Part shown: positions 1 to 12,600 of the stretch, one piece after another
How the letters are laid out: each line of letters starts with the position of its first letter
Numbering within the stretch: the first letter of the stretch is position 1
Source: Ruditapes philippinarum
Lineage: Eukaryota
DNA: 64,000 nucleotides
NCBI RefSeq assembly: GCF_026571515.1
Contig: NW_026864022.1
Span: forward strand, 124,001-188,000
Direction: 5' to 3'
Translations under genes and position numbers: made by a program
Notes under the pieces: generated by a model
Databases searched by the model: none
Told to the model about the DNA's origin: nothing
The model's input: the letters and a program-made list of their open reading frames with translations, nothing else

Positions 1-3000
1 AGGCATCCACTAACAGGGAGCTGTCCTGTATCCTGTCAATAAACATTAATGATTTATATAGAAAGATACTGGGATGTAAGTAAAAGTAAACATTGCATGT
101 ATGCATTAAAACATTTTTACATCGTTTATATAGTTACGTTAAAATTTGCTAAAATTTAGACCCGAAAATGTGAACGCACTCAAAACATTAGATATTTTCA
201 TTTTTTAATGTGTGCTGTCTTATCAGCAAGATATAAAGAGATCTATATATCACTTGTTGGGAAAACTATATTTCCTAGAATGACACGAAACAAGAAAAAA
301 AATCTTATGAATACGATCTATAAGTTAATATTTATCAAACTTTTGAAGTACCTTTATCAAATAAATTTTTCGTTTTGATTACTGCAGTTGCTTTGAATTT
401 GGAACGATCCTTTAGATATAAAAAAAAGGTATTCGTTTTGTTAAAAATCAAAGATTAGCCAATACCAAAACCAGGGTATATTAAGGGTCAGGTGGAACCG
501 TAGAACATATATAGCAATATACATATGCAGATAATATGCGGGGGTGGGCGGGGGACATAGAAAGGAAATAATATAACTGAAGTCTCACCACAAAACTGAT
601 AAATCGAATGAAATCAACATCCATTTGTGTGGATTTATTGTAAATGTTTGTGCAAACTAAAATGTAAAACAATAAATGTTGTTTTTTTAAATTCATTTTT
701 AAATGTTTCTTTAAACGTCTCCTCGAAACTAAATGTAAATTAAATAAGATTATGATTTTAATACATGGGACTAATGTCAGATTTCAATTCATGGAGTCAA
801 TGACAGATTTTAATATATGAAGTCAATATCGGATTTTATTACACGGTGACAATGTCTGATTTTATCACAGCATTGTGACCAATATTGGACTTTAAAACAT
901 TTAACATAGGATCAATTTCAGATTTTAATAATGAGGACAAAGTCAGATTTTATTACAGTCTGAGACATTGTCAGATTTGTTATATCATTGGGACAATGTC
1001 AAATTTATAATACAGAATATGGATAATGTCAGATTTTGTTACACCTTGAGAATGTCAGACTTTAGTACAACACGGGGTCAAACAATTTGAAACAGACGTC
1101 AAAAATAAATACCTCAACGCCTTTCATATAATGGCGGAACTCCGGACAGACGAACGCACTTCCGGCATAAGCAGCGTCTATATGCAGCCAAATATCATTC
1201 TCTTTACCTATCATATTAAAAAATCTTGAATTATTTGATTCAGAGAAAACTAATTAAATTAATCTATATCCTACTTTTAGTGGTTGATTAAGCCAAATAT
1301 CAACGTTTCAACGTTTAAATCAGATGTATCAAAGCGCTGAAGGCACCGATTTGGTACACAAAAATAATGTTAGCCAGTTAATTTTGTTTTGTGTGCATTT
1401 TCGTTTGCTTTGTTCGTATTAGTCGATAACGATTTTTCATCATCATTAATTTTTATTTGAATTTATATTTTAATTCTTGTAGTGGCAATGCCATAGACGT
1501 GTATAATCAACCGACTGTCGAGCTTCGTATCGATTGATTCGAAGGTATGAACACTATTTTTGACAAATGTTCGAGAAAAAAAGTCTCGAAAATAACATGT
1601 CTTAATCATGGATCGTTCTGAAATTTCTAAAATTATTTGGATTCTGCAAACACTCGCGCATCAAAATGTCTAATCTTATAGTAATATGACTTCACATGTT
1701 TCGTTTTGTAGAAATAAGTTGAAATTCTAACATATTGGTCCGATTTCATCCAATCTATCAAACGCACACGATCCAGTGGTTCCGAGAGAGGCACACATCT
1801 AAAATTTTAAAAAAAGTTAGTGACTGAGAAATAAGTGTATAAAACAAAACATTGCGAGGTAAATAATATGGTGATAATTGAACGAGAAAATATTGTTTAC
1901 GTACATGTATACAGCTTCAACAGTGTAAATCAAAACGATATAAAGAATGTATTTAATTTGTATATATGTCGTGTTGTGTCTGTTGTGTTAAATATTATTA
2001 TGTTAGGTAATGTCATTTTAGGCTGCCGTTACTTTACGTTACGTAATGTTACGTTATGTTATGTTATGTTATTTTGTGTTAAATTATGTTCTGTTCAGAA
2101 TGTCCTTTTCTTTATTTGGCTGATTTTGGACATATTAACAAAATAAAACGTCAGTCACAAATGATTTACATGTTAACATACAATTGTATCTTTGAAAAAA
2201 TCAACCTACAAAAAATGGAATTTTCCCTTCTGCTTTGTCTTTTTCAATTTGTTGTTTAAGGAGGTCACCATGGAGACTGAACTTCTCGTCACTTTGTAAT
2301 TTTACCATGGTAACAGAACCGAGTAACCCGGATCTATGAACCGAAGAGTTCGCCTAAAAATTAATAAACAAACACACTTGATTAAATTCAATTCCACTGC
2401 TCTTTATATACTCTTTCATTATTATTTTAATCTCTCAATGTTGAACACCATCAATTTTGTTCGCCATGGGATTATATTTCAATATTTGATATTGCTTACT
2501 AGCATACATGTATAATTATATGGTTAATGGCTTTAACGGCTGAAGTTCGTTTACTAGTACTTGTTTTCACCAACACCACCACCAAAAACAACAACAATCA
2601 ATCAATAACGTTGTCTTTAATATACAGAATACATCTATTATTAATAGAATGTAAAAAAAACTTTATATTGTGGAAATGAGTGCCTATGGTTTTTAAATAA
2701 AATGATTGTAAGAAAACTCCAGCACACATTAATTAATTGTTTGTAAGATAGAAAAATGGTACCTGATCTGATGTGTATCCAACCAACTTTGATATAATTT
2801 CCAATTCATCCAACGCCGGGTTCTGTGATTTAAGTTTTGTCACCATTTTATTCCTTGCAGCTAACAAACACAGGAACACAGTCTCGCTGGCTGTCGTCTG
2901 GAGAAACAAATATGTTACAATATATTATACAGTTTTTGATAGTTTCCTTGACAATCCTTTTCAAAATTATAGATTAGCTTTTATTTTTTAAAAAAAGAGT

Positions 3001-5488
3001 TGTCCGTAAAACAGCGCGCTCGGCTATTCTTAGTTCTTGACACTGTAAGAATAGGGGCACAACTTTGTGTTAAAGTGTTACTCAGAGTTATGGGACCTAT
3101 GCCAATTATGCTAGGTAATCACAGAGAAGAAGTGTGTTAAGTTTCAACTCGTTCCCTTCTTTGGTTTTGGTGACTCCAACTTGCATGTGAATACCTTAAT
3201 CTAAGTGTGAGATAAAATAGCTGCTCTTATAAATTTGAATTGGAAAGTAAATTTAAACTACAACACAAATCGACGTCTGTCTGTGCCGGAATTACCTGTA
3301 TGACGCCGCCACCCTTGCCTTTCCCACAATGCAAGAACTGTTCCGGAAGTGAAATCATTTTGCCAAGCCAGTCTGTAGTAATCATCTCTAGCTCGGTACA
3401 GGCTGGACTGGCTGCCTGAAATAGGGGATAGAACAAACAAATGAAATGTTCATAAAAACATATTGACATAGGCCATTTAATGTCGCATCTTTTATTTTCG
3501 GGTATCTTTTTTCACCAAACATACTGTAAGATTCCCTGTTAATTATTTGTTTTCCGAATCTGAATAACCTAATGACCTAATGATGTATTTGACCTATGTG
3601 CCTTGTCGAAGCAAATTAAATCATAGAAACTTTTTCTAGTTTAGTGTCCTTTCACTATTTTGTTTGGAGACTCGTATTCGTCTCAAACTTAAATGAGCCG
3701 CGTCACGACAAAACCAACATAGTGCGTTTGTGACCAGCATGGATCCAGACCAGCCTGCGCATCCGCTGCTGTTCGCTATCAGTTTAACTACTTGTTATGG
3801 GGTTTGTAAGCGAACAGCATGGATCCCGATCAGACTGCGCGGATGCGCAGGCTGGTCTGGATCCATGCTGGTCGCAAACCCATTATGTTGGTTTTGTGGT
3901 GACGCGGCTCACATAGAAAACGTTTCAACTTTCAAATCTGTTATCTAGGACAAAATGTTGATGCTCAAAGCTAAATTCTGAGATATTGTTGTTTTCTTTC
4001 AGAATTTCGTAGAGGGATTGCCCATACATAGAACAATATCTAACTTGTAGTAAATGTCCTAACATTTAGTTTGACTTTTCTGTTATCAATAATAATTACC
4101 CAGGAGAAACCTATACAACCAATGGCGTCCGACAACATATCACCAAGGATGGATGGGAAGGAATTACCAGCAGCATAGTAGGCATGGAAGTATGGACTGT
4201 GCCAATGTGTTATCTGAAATACAGATATCTTTTTTAATAATTCACATCTGAAAGTGATTCAAGTGATAATTTTAAATTCATAGACATTGTATTTATGTAA
4301 TGATGGCATTTCCAACTTACATTTTTAAGCTGGCTTATTTAAATGAATATTGCAACTAGATTTGTTCTAGATAAACAATTTCCCGATTATATATATAATA
4401 GTGACTTTTTTACAGAGCGTCTTTCTTATTATAGAGGGAAAATTCCGACAAATAGGGCGCGTAAATCATCAAAGTAGAAATTGCTTTTATCATTTTATAC
4501 TGGAACGTTTTATTCTGCTTTCATTTTGAAATAAGACTTTTTAACTAAAACTTTCTTAAGATATGGCTGTAAGAATATGAATATAGTGTAACTGTATACA
4601 GTTCTTTGAAATTTCTATAGCCTGTTTCACCAGTTATAGAACAAACGACAATTTTTAGCAAATCTAGCAAATCTAACCCAATACAGTGATTTTTTAAATA
4701 TTTATTAGAAATACAAAAGATTTTCTTACCCCAGGCATTATGACCCTCTCTATGTCTTTCATTACTTCAGAAAATTCTTCCGGCTTTTCCGGGGCTTCAT
4801 CTGGTATAAGTTTCTGAAGTAAAAAGCCTTGCAAAGTTCTTTTACCCTTGACCTTGGTTTTAGGTCAAATTACATAGCCTATAAGTAATCTTTTATTTCG
4901 TGCATAGGAGATCAATATCGCGATCCAAGGCGTTTGAGTGGCGTTGAAAATCCTGCTTTAAGGTTGCAAGAGTGCGGGTCCCTTATTTAGCTTAATTAAT
5001 GAAAGGTCCTAATTGGGCCTGGATCCAGATTTAATAGAAAAAAAAGCACATGCGCAGTCAATGAATAGTTTATAGCTTTTAAATTATCAAATTTGGCCTA
5101 CTTTTCATGACTTCTTTTCATATAAGCATTTATTCACATTATCTGGATTTTTGTAAGTTTGTCTGAGTGCATTTCAGCATATCATCAAAGTTCAGATAGG
5201 TACAAGGGCAAATACAAAAGTACTAATGTACGCAGAGGACATAACTCTCAAAAAAAAAACATTTATGCCAGGATTATTAGTTTATGTCAAAATCTTCTCT
5301 TTTGATTTGCTTCGATCGTTATCATTTCTAAAATAAGTATCAGTACTGTTTAATGCGCAGTATTTACTAACCTTCAAGTAGCCAGGTTTTACCCTGTGTA
5401 CGACGGGTCTTTCCCGAATCTCCTTCAAATAGTCTGCAATATAATCAACCATCTCTCGGCCATATTTCCGGAATCCTTCCGCGTCCAT
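1..5488 (-). CDS. DDC: Aromatic L-amino-acid decarboxylase family protein (DDC-like, possibly an aldehyde synthase), 3'-truncated by the window edge
   Basis: Coding exons with GT-AG boundaries and a continuous frame: 5488-5372, 4813-4730, 4213-4100, 3415-3296, 2897-2763, 2353-2210, 1798-1732, 1207-1113, 656-589, 32-<1. Translation contains [74 protein letters not shown] and the PLP lysine motif NPHKW (K303). The symbol denotes the family; exact orthology is not established. Confidence 0.93.
760..1080. repeat. Degenerate ~28-30 bp minisatellite in a DDC-like intron
   Basis: About 11 diverged copies of a unit resembling GACAATGTCAGATTTTAATAC. Confidence 0.7.
3695..3910. mobile_element. Palindromic MITE family A, copy 1
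   Basis: Termini GAGCCGCGTCACGACAAAACCAACAT / ATGTTGGTTTTGTGGTGACGCGGCTC; the whole element folds into a hairpin. Confidence 0.9.
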
Positions 5489-5710
5489 TCTCTATATGCA
5501 AATAGGTCCATAGATAAATATCACAGGTACCTGCGAAACTTTCAAAGTGCATTTGACGTGCATTACATTTGAATATCTGATTCACGGTCATCAGAGTAAA
5601 TCAACGGGAGCGAGCGTTCGTAGGGAGTTATTTATGATAATAATAATGCCATATATGGTACGACACTTATATACGTAACCATAGTAAATATAAATATATA
5701 TGTCTTTTAC

Positions 5711-5960
5711 GCGGGGTTGCCGAGTGGTTATGTTTGTCAACTTCAAACCACTTGTCCGTTATCGCTGCGGGTTGAAATATCCACAGGGACATGTAAGGAA
5801 GATATTCAAGTAGCTTACGGAACGTCGGTGGTTCTTCTAAGGTGCCCTTTAGCCTGATATAATGCACGAAGGGGCACCTGTGGTCCGCCTCCAACAGTAA
5901 AGAGGGAAAGACACCATATGACCTTTACAGTGTTGGCGCTACGTAAAACAGTACTAAAAA
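5711..5960 (+). mobile_element. tRNA-derived SINE, diverged copy
   Basis: tRNA-like head GCCGAGTGGTTA, then the core GCTTACGGAACGTCGGTGGTTCT...GGGGCACCTG shared with 7725-8047. Confidence 0.75.
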
Positions 5961-7040
5961 GAAGATAATCGTTTTCGAATAATTTAGAAAGTTATTATGA
6001 AAGTCTTGCAAACAATAAGGTATTTCTCATCAGATGTTTACTTGTAAAGTTACCTATTTAACATTAATGATTACTTTTATCAAAACCTGTAGACTATAGT
6101 ACATTTTTCAATCCCTTTTTTGGACAAAATAGTTTTTATCTTACATTAAACGAATTTGATGACACAAAATATGTAGAAATGCGCCTATATCCATACTTAC
6201 TGGTCGCCTTTTTTTGTCGCCAAAAGTTCCAATTTATGAGCTAAATACGTCTAAACTCTCACTTTTAAATTGTTATTTTGTACTCTCTTTACCTTCATAT
6301 GGCCTGTGTGTCAAAAGGTGGACAAGATAAGGTTGGAAAATCTCTGAGATTTGTCTGTGGGAATATTTACAGATGTTATTTTAATCTCAACCATGATAAA
6401 ATTTAGATGTCTAACTCTTAACAAGCAAACCTAAAACTATGTTTGGCCTTAGGCATTTTAATTCGTCTACTTTAAGAATGTCGGTCGGCGCCCGGTCAAC
6501 GAGAAAAGCTCGCATTGAGTAGTTGATAACGTCGGGGTTTTAATATGGAATTTAGGGCAAAAATAAATGTTTAAAAAAACTCATACTATTGTCTTATAAG
6601 CATGTTCACTTATTACAGTCAGGAAATTATTCATTATAGTATCGCTAGCCAATGCGTTGCTATTTTATATGCATTGTGTAATTTTAGAATTTTTAGTGCA
6701 AGCATCAGGCAGTAAGCCTATTGTTGTAGCAATCTTTATATTTATTAAATACATTAATTACTTACCTATGGACTACTAGCCAAAGGTAGCATCCTTTAGA
6801 CGGTTTATATGGAATTGATCCGTAGTTTTGTAGATGGTTTTCTAAGTATATATGGATCTCTTTGCCACATGTAAAGCTTGAATGAACTTTTGACCACTGA
6901 TACTTTCGTTTGGGGCCAAATCTCAATGATTTTTAATGATTATCGGATTTTCATGCAGCGTTCGTGGACAAATTCTTTCCGTCATAGGTTCCACAGACAC
7001 TTGCGGGTCCTATCTGTATCTGAGGATGGGTTCTGGTGTG

Positions 7041-7350
7041 TGTCACAGGGTGAGAAAGTGTGCAGCCTGACCGGGACTCTCCTAATTAGTGAACAGTTCT
7101 GAACCATGCCATACTTTCCAATTCGTCCTCGAATTTCACAGAGTTACAGAGCAATGTAAATTAAACTCTGAGCTATATCAGTCGCGGTCCCCCGTTGGGC
7201 GCCAAATGTCACAGGGTGAGAAAAATGTGCAGCCTGACCGGGACTCGAACCCGGGAGCCTTGGAATACCGTTCCGCGGCTCTACCGACTGAGCTATCCGA
7301 CCGCTTACATATTTTCTCTTCTAATTAGTGAACAGTTCTGAACCGTGACA
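7041..7350 (-). mobile_element. Miniature non-autonomous LTR retrotransposon (TRIM) with a tRNA-like sequence inside the LTR
   Basis: 5' LTR 7350-7207 (TGTCAC...GTGACA); PBS TGGCGCCCAACGGGGG (tRNA-Lys type) at 7204-7189; purine-rich tract GAGGACGAATTGGAAAGTA; 3' LTR 7111-7041 with an internal deletion; 4-bp TSD TGTG at 7037-7040 and 7351-7354. Confidence 0.88.
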
Positions 7351-7724
7351 TGTGTCCAAAAACACAATAAACGGACTCAAAATACAAAGTTTTCACTTTG
7401 TGACCGCAAAACGCTTCTGGTCATTAAAATCAACCCTCAATTTTTTTATAGATTTGGCTTTAAAACGAAGGAATGGGCAGTCAAATCCCATTCGAGCTTC
7501 ATGTGTGTTGAAGAGATCCATAGATGATGTAAAAAACTACATTACTGTGCATCAGCTTCATATAAACATTCAATAGCCATGCAGCCTCAAACACCAGCTT
7601 AATTTAAGTTGGAAGTCCGTTTGTAAGTAATATTGTGTTTGATGATTATACGTCACTACAACAATAGGCTTACGGTCTAATGCTACACAATTGAAGAAAA
7701 TAATCATTATAGTGTTACCCTGTT

Positions 7725-8047
7725 GGGGCCTCCGTGGCCGAGTGGTTAAGGTCGCTGACTTGAGATCAGAGGTCCCTCACGCTGTAGGTTCGATTCTCAC
7801 TCGGGTCGAAATCTTTCATGTGAGGAAGCCTTCCAGCTGGCTTACGGAAGGTCGGTGGTTCTACCCAGCAGCTGCTGCCCGCTCGTGCCTGAAATAATGC
7901 CCGGAGGGGCACCTGGGGTCTTCCCCAACCAATATAAGCTGGAAAAAATCGACGAAAAAATCTCGGCAGGACGCTCTGGGATGGCCCGCCTTGAGTCCCA
8001 TATATGGGCTTTCCGGTGGCGACCTAAAATAAACGCATTAAAAAAAA
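7725..8047 (+). mobile_element. Full-length tRNA-derived SINE with A-tail and 12-bp TSD
   Basis: A box GTGGCCGAGTGG, B box GGTTCGATTC, conserved core and poly(A) end; TSD TGTTACCCTGTT at 7713-7724 and 8048-8059. Confidence 0.9.
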
Positions 8048-8109
8048 TGTTACCCTGTTTCGTTATTCTGTTATTCTGTCATGCCGTCATCATGGTGATG
8101 ACACCAGTT

Positions 8110-8960
8110 TCCGTTCTTTATCTTGGCAACATTCCCACACATTCAGTTATATGGATACATCATAGGAACATACATGTCAAGTACGAATTTGGTCTTGGTT
8201 AGATGATTTTTGACGGTGGTCCCTCTTGAACTTTGAAAAAAGAAGAAGAAATGTTCAGTTTCTGGTCATTATCTCCCCAATAGTTGTACACATTCAACTC
8301 AAATTTGACATATAGATACATTATATGAATAAGCACAATCATGAAGCAGGTCAAGTTTGAATTTGGTCATGGTTCGATTATTTTGGACAAAGTCATCCCT
8401 CTTGAACGTTGGAAAAAAAATGAAATTTTCAGTTTCCGCATTCTTATTATGGTGGAAATGAGTTGAAATGTACATGTATTTCATCAGAAAATTCAAGTCA
8501 ACTTCGAATATGGTTTTGCTCCGATGATGTTTGACAGAATTAACCTTCTTGAACTTAGAATAAATCAGAAATGTTCAGTTTCTGCTCTAACTTTTGTAGG
8601 AATGTTTGTCCGAAGTTAATTGACATTGCATGTGCTGGTACATATATCTTACCAGAAGATACAAGTTCTAATTTGGTCATGGTCGGATGTTTTTTCGACA
8701 GTTATCCCCCTTGAAGATTAAAAAAAATAACTAATACAAAAATTTCTAATCATTATCTCGGCTACAGATATGTAATATGAAATTTGCAAAAGGTTAACAT
8801 TGAATAGTTTATGGGTCTTGAACTTTGTAAGTAACATTGAATAGTTTAAGGGCCTTGAACTTGGAATGAAGCAAACAAAGTTGGAACTAAATATTTTTAT
8901 ATCATTTGAAATTTTGGCTGCATGCGGGGACATTCGTTACATTAGGACACATTTCTAGGT
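8110..8960 (+). mobile_element. Decayed Helentron-associated (HINE-like) element with internal tandem repeats
   Basis: Repeated GAATTTGGTCATGGT...CCCTCTTGAAC units; 3' end GCGGGGACATTCG...GGACACATTTCTAG. Confidence 0.6.
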
Positions 8961-8990
8961 TATGAATGTTTTATGTAAGTGACCCGTAAG

Positions 8991-9522
8991 TATGTAGATG
9001 AAATGATATATGTACGCGGGCACGAGTTTTCCATGCTGTGACCCTTCGTGTAGAAAGTTGAGTAGATCATTCTATTTTGCCATTCTATTTCATATCCGAT
9101 AAACACATCGTTATATAAAGAATAATTTTTTTTTTTTATAAAAGTTTTATGTAAGTGATCCGTAATGTTGTTGATGATTTTTTATCATGCACCTATATAT
9201 ATGAATCGCTTCAGCATATATGCAATTCAGATAGAATTTTGACCGCCGATTTCATTGTTTGGAGCCAGATCTCATAAATGTTTAGAAATGTTTAGAATCG
9301 CTTAATTTATATTCATTTTCATTCATTCTTGAAGCTATTATATATCTATGACATATATTTATTTTAAGAGACAACGCGATCATTCATCGGTTTTATAACA
9401 GTATTGTGTAGATGAAATGATATATGTATACGTGCACGGGTTTTGCATGTTGTGACCGTTCGTGTAGACAGTTAAGTAGATCATTCTATTTTGCATATCT
9501 ATTTCATATCCGATGAACACAT
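8991..9522. repeat. ~115-bp direct duplication upstream of NSFL1C (8991-9108 and 9406-9522)
   Basis: Both copies read GTAGATGAAATGATATATGTA...AGTAGATCATTCTATTTTGC...TCATATCCGAT. Confidence 0.85.
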
Positions 9523-9667
9523 TCATATTCTCATAAGCCATTAAACAAAATTATGTAACAGAAAAGAGCGGTCGACAAGGATCTCCATGTAAAAAATAAT
9601 TCGACGTATGAATATTTCAAACAGTTACGCACAATTTTAAAAATACGCCGGAGAACAAACAGCAAAC

Positions 9668-12600
9668 ATGGCTGACAAAGCAAAACAAGACATGATTGAT
9701 AATTTTATCAAGATCACTGCTGTTGATCAAGATAGAGCGCGTTTTTATTTAGAATCATCTGCCTGGAATCTTGAAGTATGTACTGTATTAGTTTCATCGG
9801 TTAAGTTTAGTTAGAATTTTCACACACGATATTTTCTTATTTGTAGCTTGCTGCTAGTGGGTGGGGTAATGTATAATAAAAGTATACATATTTCGGATGT
9901 AAAAGTATCCGATTGTTATTTTAGCAGTTAGTTGATGGTTTGCAAAGCTCTTTCGTTGGTGATAGTAAAGTTACATAATGGATTGATATGAACAGTTTAT
10001 GTGGAATAAGTTAATCTTTTATCATTTATTTCTAATACTACAGGAACAAACAATAAAAAAGGCAATAATTGATATCCACATGATATAGGAATAGGATAAT
10101 GTGTAGCTTATGTGCCCTTGGCAATAGAAATGGAAAGCACTATATACTTTTTTTAGTATTAAAATGTCAATTTGTCCTTTCATTTCCAGGAAAACTTTTA
10201 AAAATTATGGGGCAACTTTTGAATTATGACACCTTTTTCTGGTAGACTTTATGTATCTGAAAAGTCATGATGGATAATAACTGAAAATGTACTATTGCAT
10301 TATTTTTCAGAAATTCAATTGATCAATGAACCAACATTAATTAATTTGAGATAATATGTAATTAGGCAAAGCCTATAAACAGGGACGTCGGTAAAAAATC
10401 CTTTCATTTTTCCGTTTTAAAGGTGTCATTCGGTATTATATGTACCCACTTCCGTTTTCATTCGGAACACTCGACGATTATTATTAATCTGAAAAGTTGA
10501 GATTTGTTCTGTTATCGGAATACCCCGCCTATTATCATTGAGTTACATTGATAATGCAAAGAACAAGGTTTCTTAATGGTATACTTACTATTTGTATAAT
10601 TTATGCATTGATCTGTCACTTGTAACCATGACTTTGTTACATGCCCCAGTTATTCACACACTGTTAATAACTTGAAGTTGGCAGTGACTTTTACTAGATC
10701 ATCCCCTCAAGTCAAGGATTTCTAGTTATTTATGTCAAAGTCCAAGTAATATTGAAGAGATCAGGACCAAAGATTACATCTAACTAAACCAGTTCAAAGT
10801 TCATTTGTTGTATATTTGTCATATAAATAAATGCAAATTGAAATAGTTTTTAACACATTTTCTCCAGTTTAACTTTAATTGTTCTTGATTGTATACCAAA
10901 AACATCTTCAATGATTAACCCTTATTTGTTGTATGTATTACAGTTAGCCATGGGAAGTTTCTATGAAGGTGATCCAGATGATGATGATGATCTAGTTGGT
11001 GGTGTTGTCGGCTCAGCTATGCCTCAACAACCACCAGCCATGGCACCGCAGGAACCTGAGACTGGCAGTCGTAAATCCAAGACAACAGGAACCTCAAGCT
11101 CAAGGTTCTCGTACATTCCAATATTTTTATTATTACACAGTAGATGAAATGATTTAATTATGTGTTTGTCATAGATTTGTTGTTATTTCAAGAGAAGTTT
11201 GTTGAAGTTAATGAAGTTCAAAAAGAAAAGCCTTGTTTTATTTTGGCTTTTAAAAGTAAGGGCAAGTTTAACCTGAGTTTGTTATGTCATGACATATTGA
11301 AGATCACCTGGAGTGAATATTTCACCAAATTTTGCTTTATATCTTGAGTGAAAAACAAACAGCTTTGCTCAGATTCATATTTGTAAACAATACAAAAGAG
11401 GTTATATTCTTGCAAGTTCAGTTGATGCTCAATGTATGTAAGTAGAGCTTTTAAATTTCAATTTTAGAGCTTGATGCTATTTATAGAACATGTTGTATAT
11501 AACAACTACAATGTATGTATAATGTAATCCAGGTTTGCTACAATAGGAAGTATGCAAGGTCAAGGTGAAGATTCAAGTGAGGAAGAAGGTCAAGCTTTCT
11601 ATGCTGGTGGATCTGAGAGAAGGTACCATTAGAGCTGATTTGAGCTGCGCCATGACAAAACCAACATAATGGGTTTGCTACCAGCATGAATCCAGACCAG
11701 CCTGCACATCCATGCTGGTCTGATCAGGATCCATGCTGTTCGCTTACCAACTCTATTACAAGTAGAGAAACTGATAGCGAACAGCATGGATCCTGATCAG
11801 ACTGCGCGGATGCTCAGGCTGGTCTGGATCCATGCTGGTCACAAACGCACCATGTTGGTTTTGTCGTGACACGGCTCATTTATAGGTCTTTATTTAACCT
11901 TCAACATTTCTTAACTGGACTTGTCTGTCCTTCAACCTTGGACAATACCATTCATCATTTTAGGGAAAATTTCAAAATACATGTATATACTGATTGAATA
12001 GCAAACACTGCAGACCATGATCAGATAGCAGGTAACTGCCAGCTGATCTTTGTGGTCAACAGATGCATTTATTGATCAGTTGCGACTAACAGAATAAAAA
12101 GGATTTGTTGAGAAGCTGGATGGCCAAATAATGACAATGTAAGCAAGACAGTTATCATGGCTGCAGGTTAAATGTTCCTCTCCCTCATCCCCCCTACTTC
12201 TTACCCAATTTCTTTTATTAATGTCAATTTGCCGGAAGATGTGGGTTTTAATCTCTGATCTTGTGCCTGTACTTCGATTTCGATTTAAACATGTATTACG
12301 GCTCATTAAATTTTATCGGTCTTTATTTAACCTTCAACATGCTAAATTTCTTAAATGGACTTGTCTATCCTTCAACCTTGGACAAAACCATTCCATCATT
12401 TTAGGGAAATTTTCAAAATATATACCAATTGAATAGCGAACAGTGCAGACAATGATCAGATTGCATTAAAGTTCCAGCTGATCTTGGTCTACACTGGATG
12501 CCCATTTCTTTCACTAAAATCAATTGGCAAAAAGTTATACGTTATTTTGTGAATTATGGGGATCCAAGGAGGGTTTCAACACAATTAATTGGTTGTTTGT

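Noticed and set aside
3730-3948. Short ORFs such as MDPDQPAHP... (also 26368-26598 and 37017-37268)
   Set aside because: Chance reading frames through the palindromic MITE.
7228-7304. tRNA gene on the - strand
   Set aside because: D and T arms are good but the acceptor and anticodon stems pair poorly, and the sequence sits inside an LTR with PBS and TSD. It is a tRNA-derived part of a mobile element.
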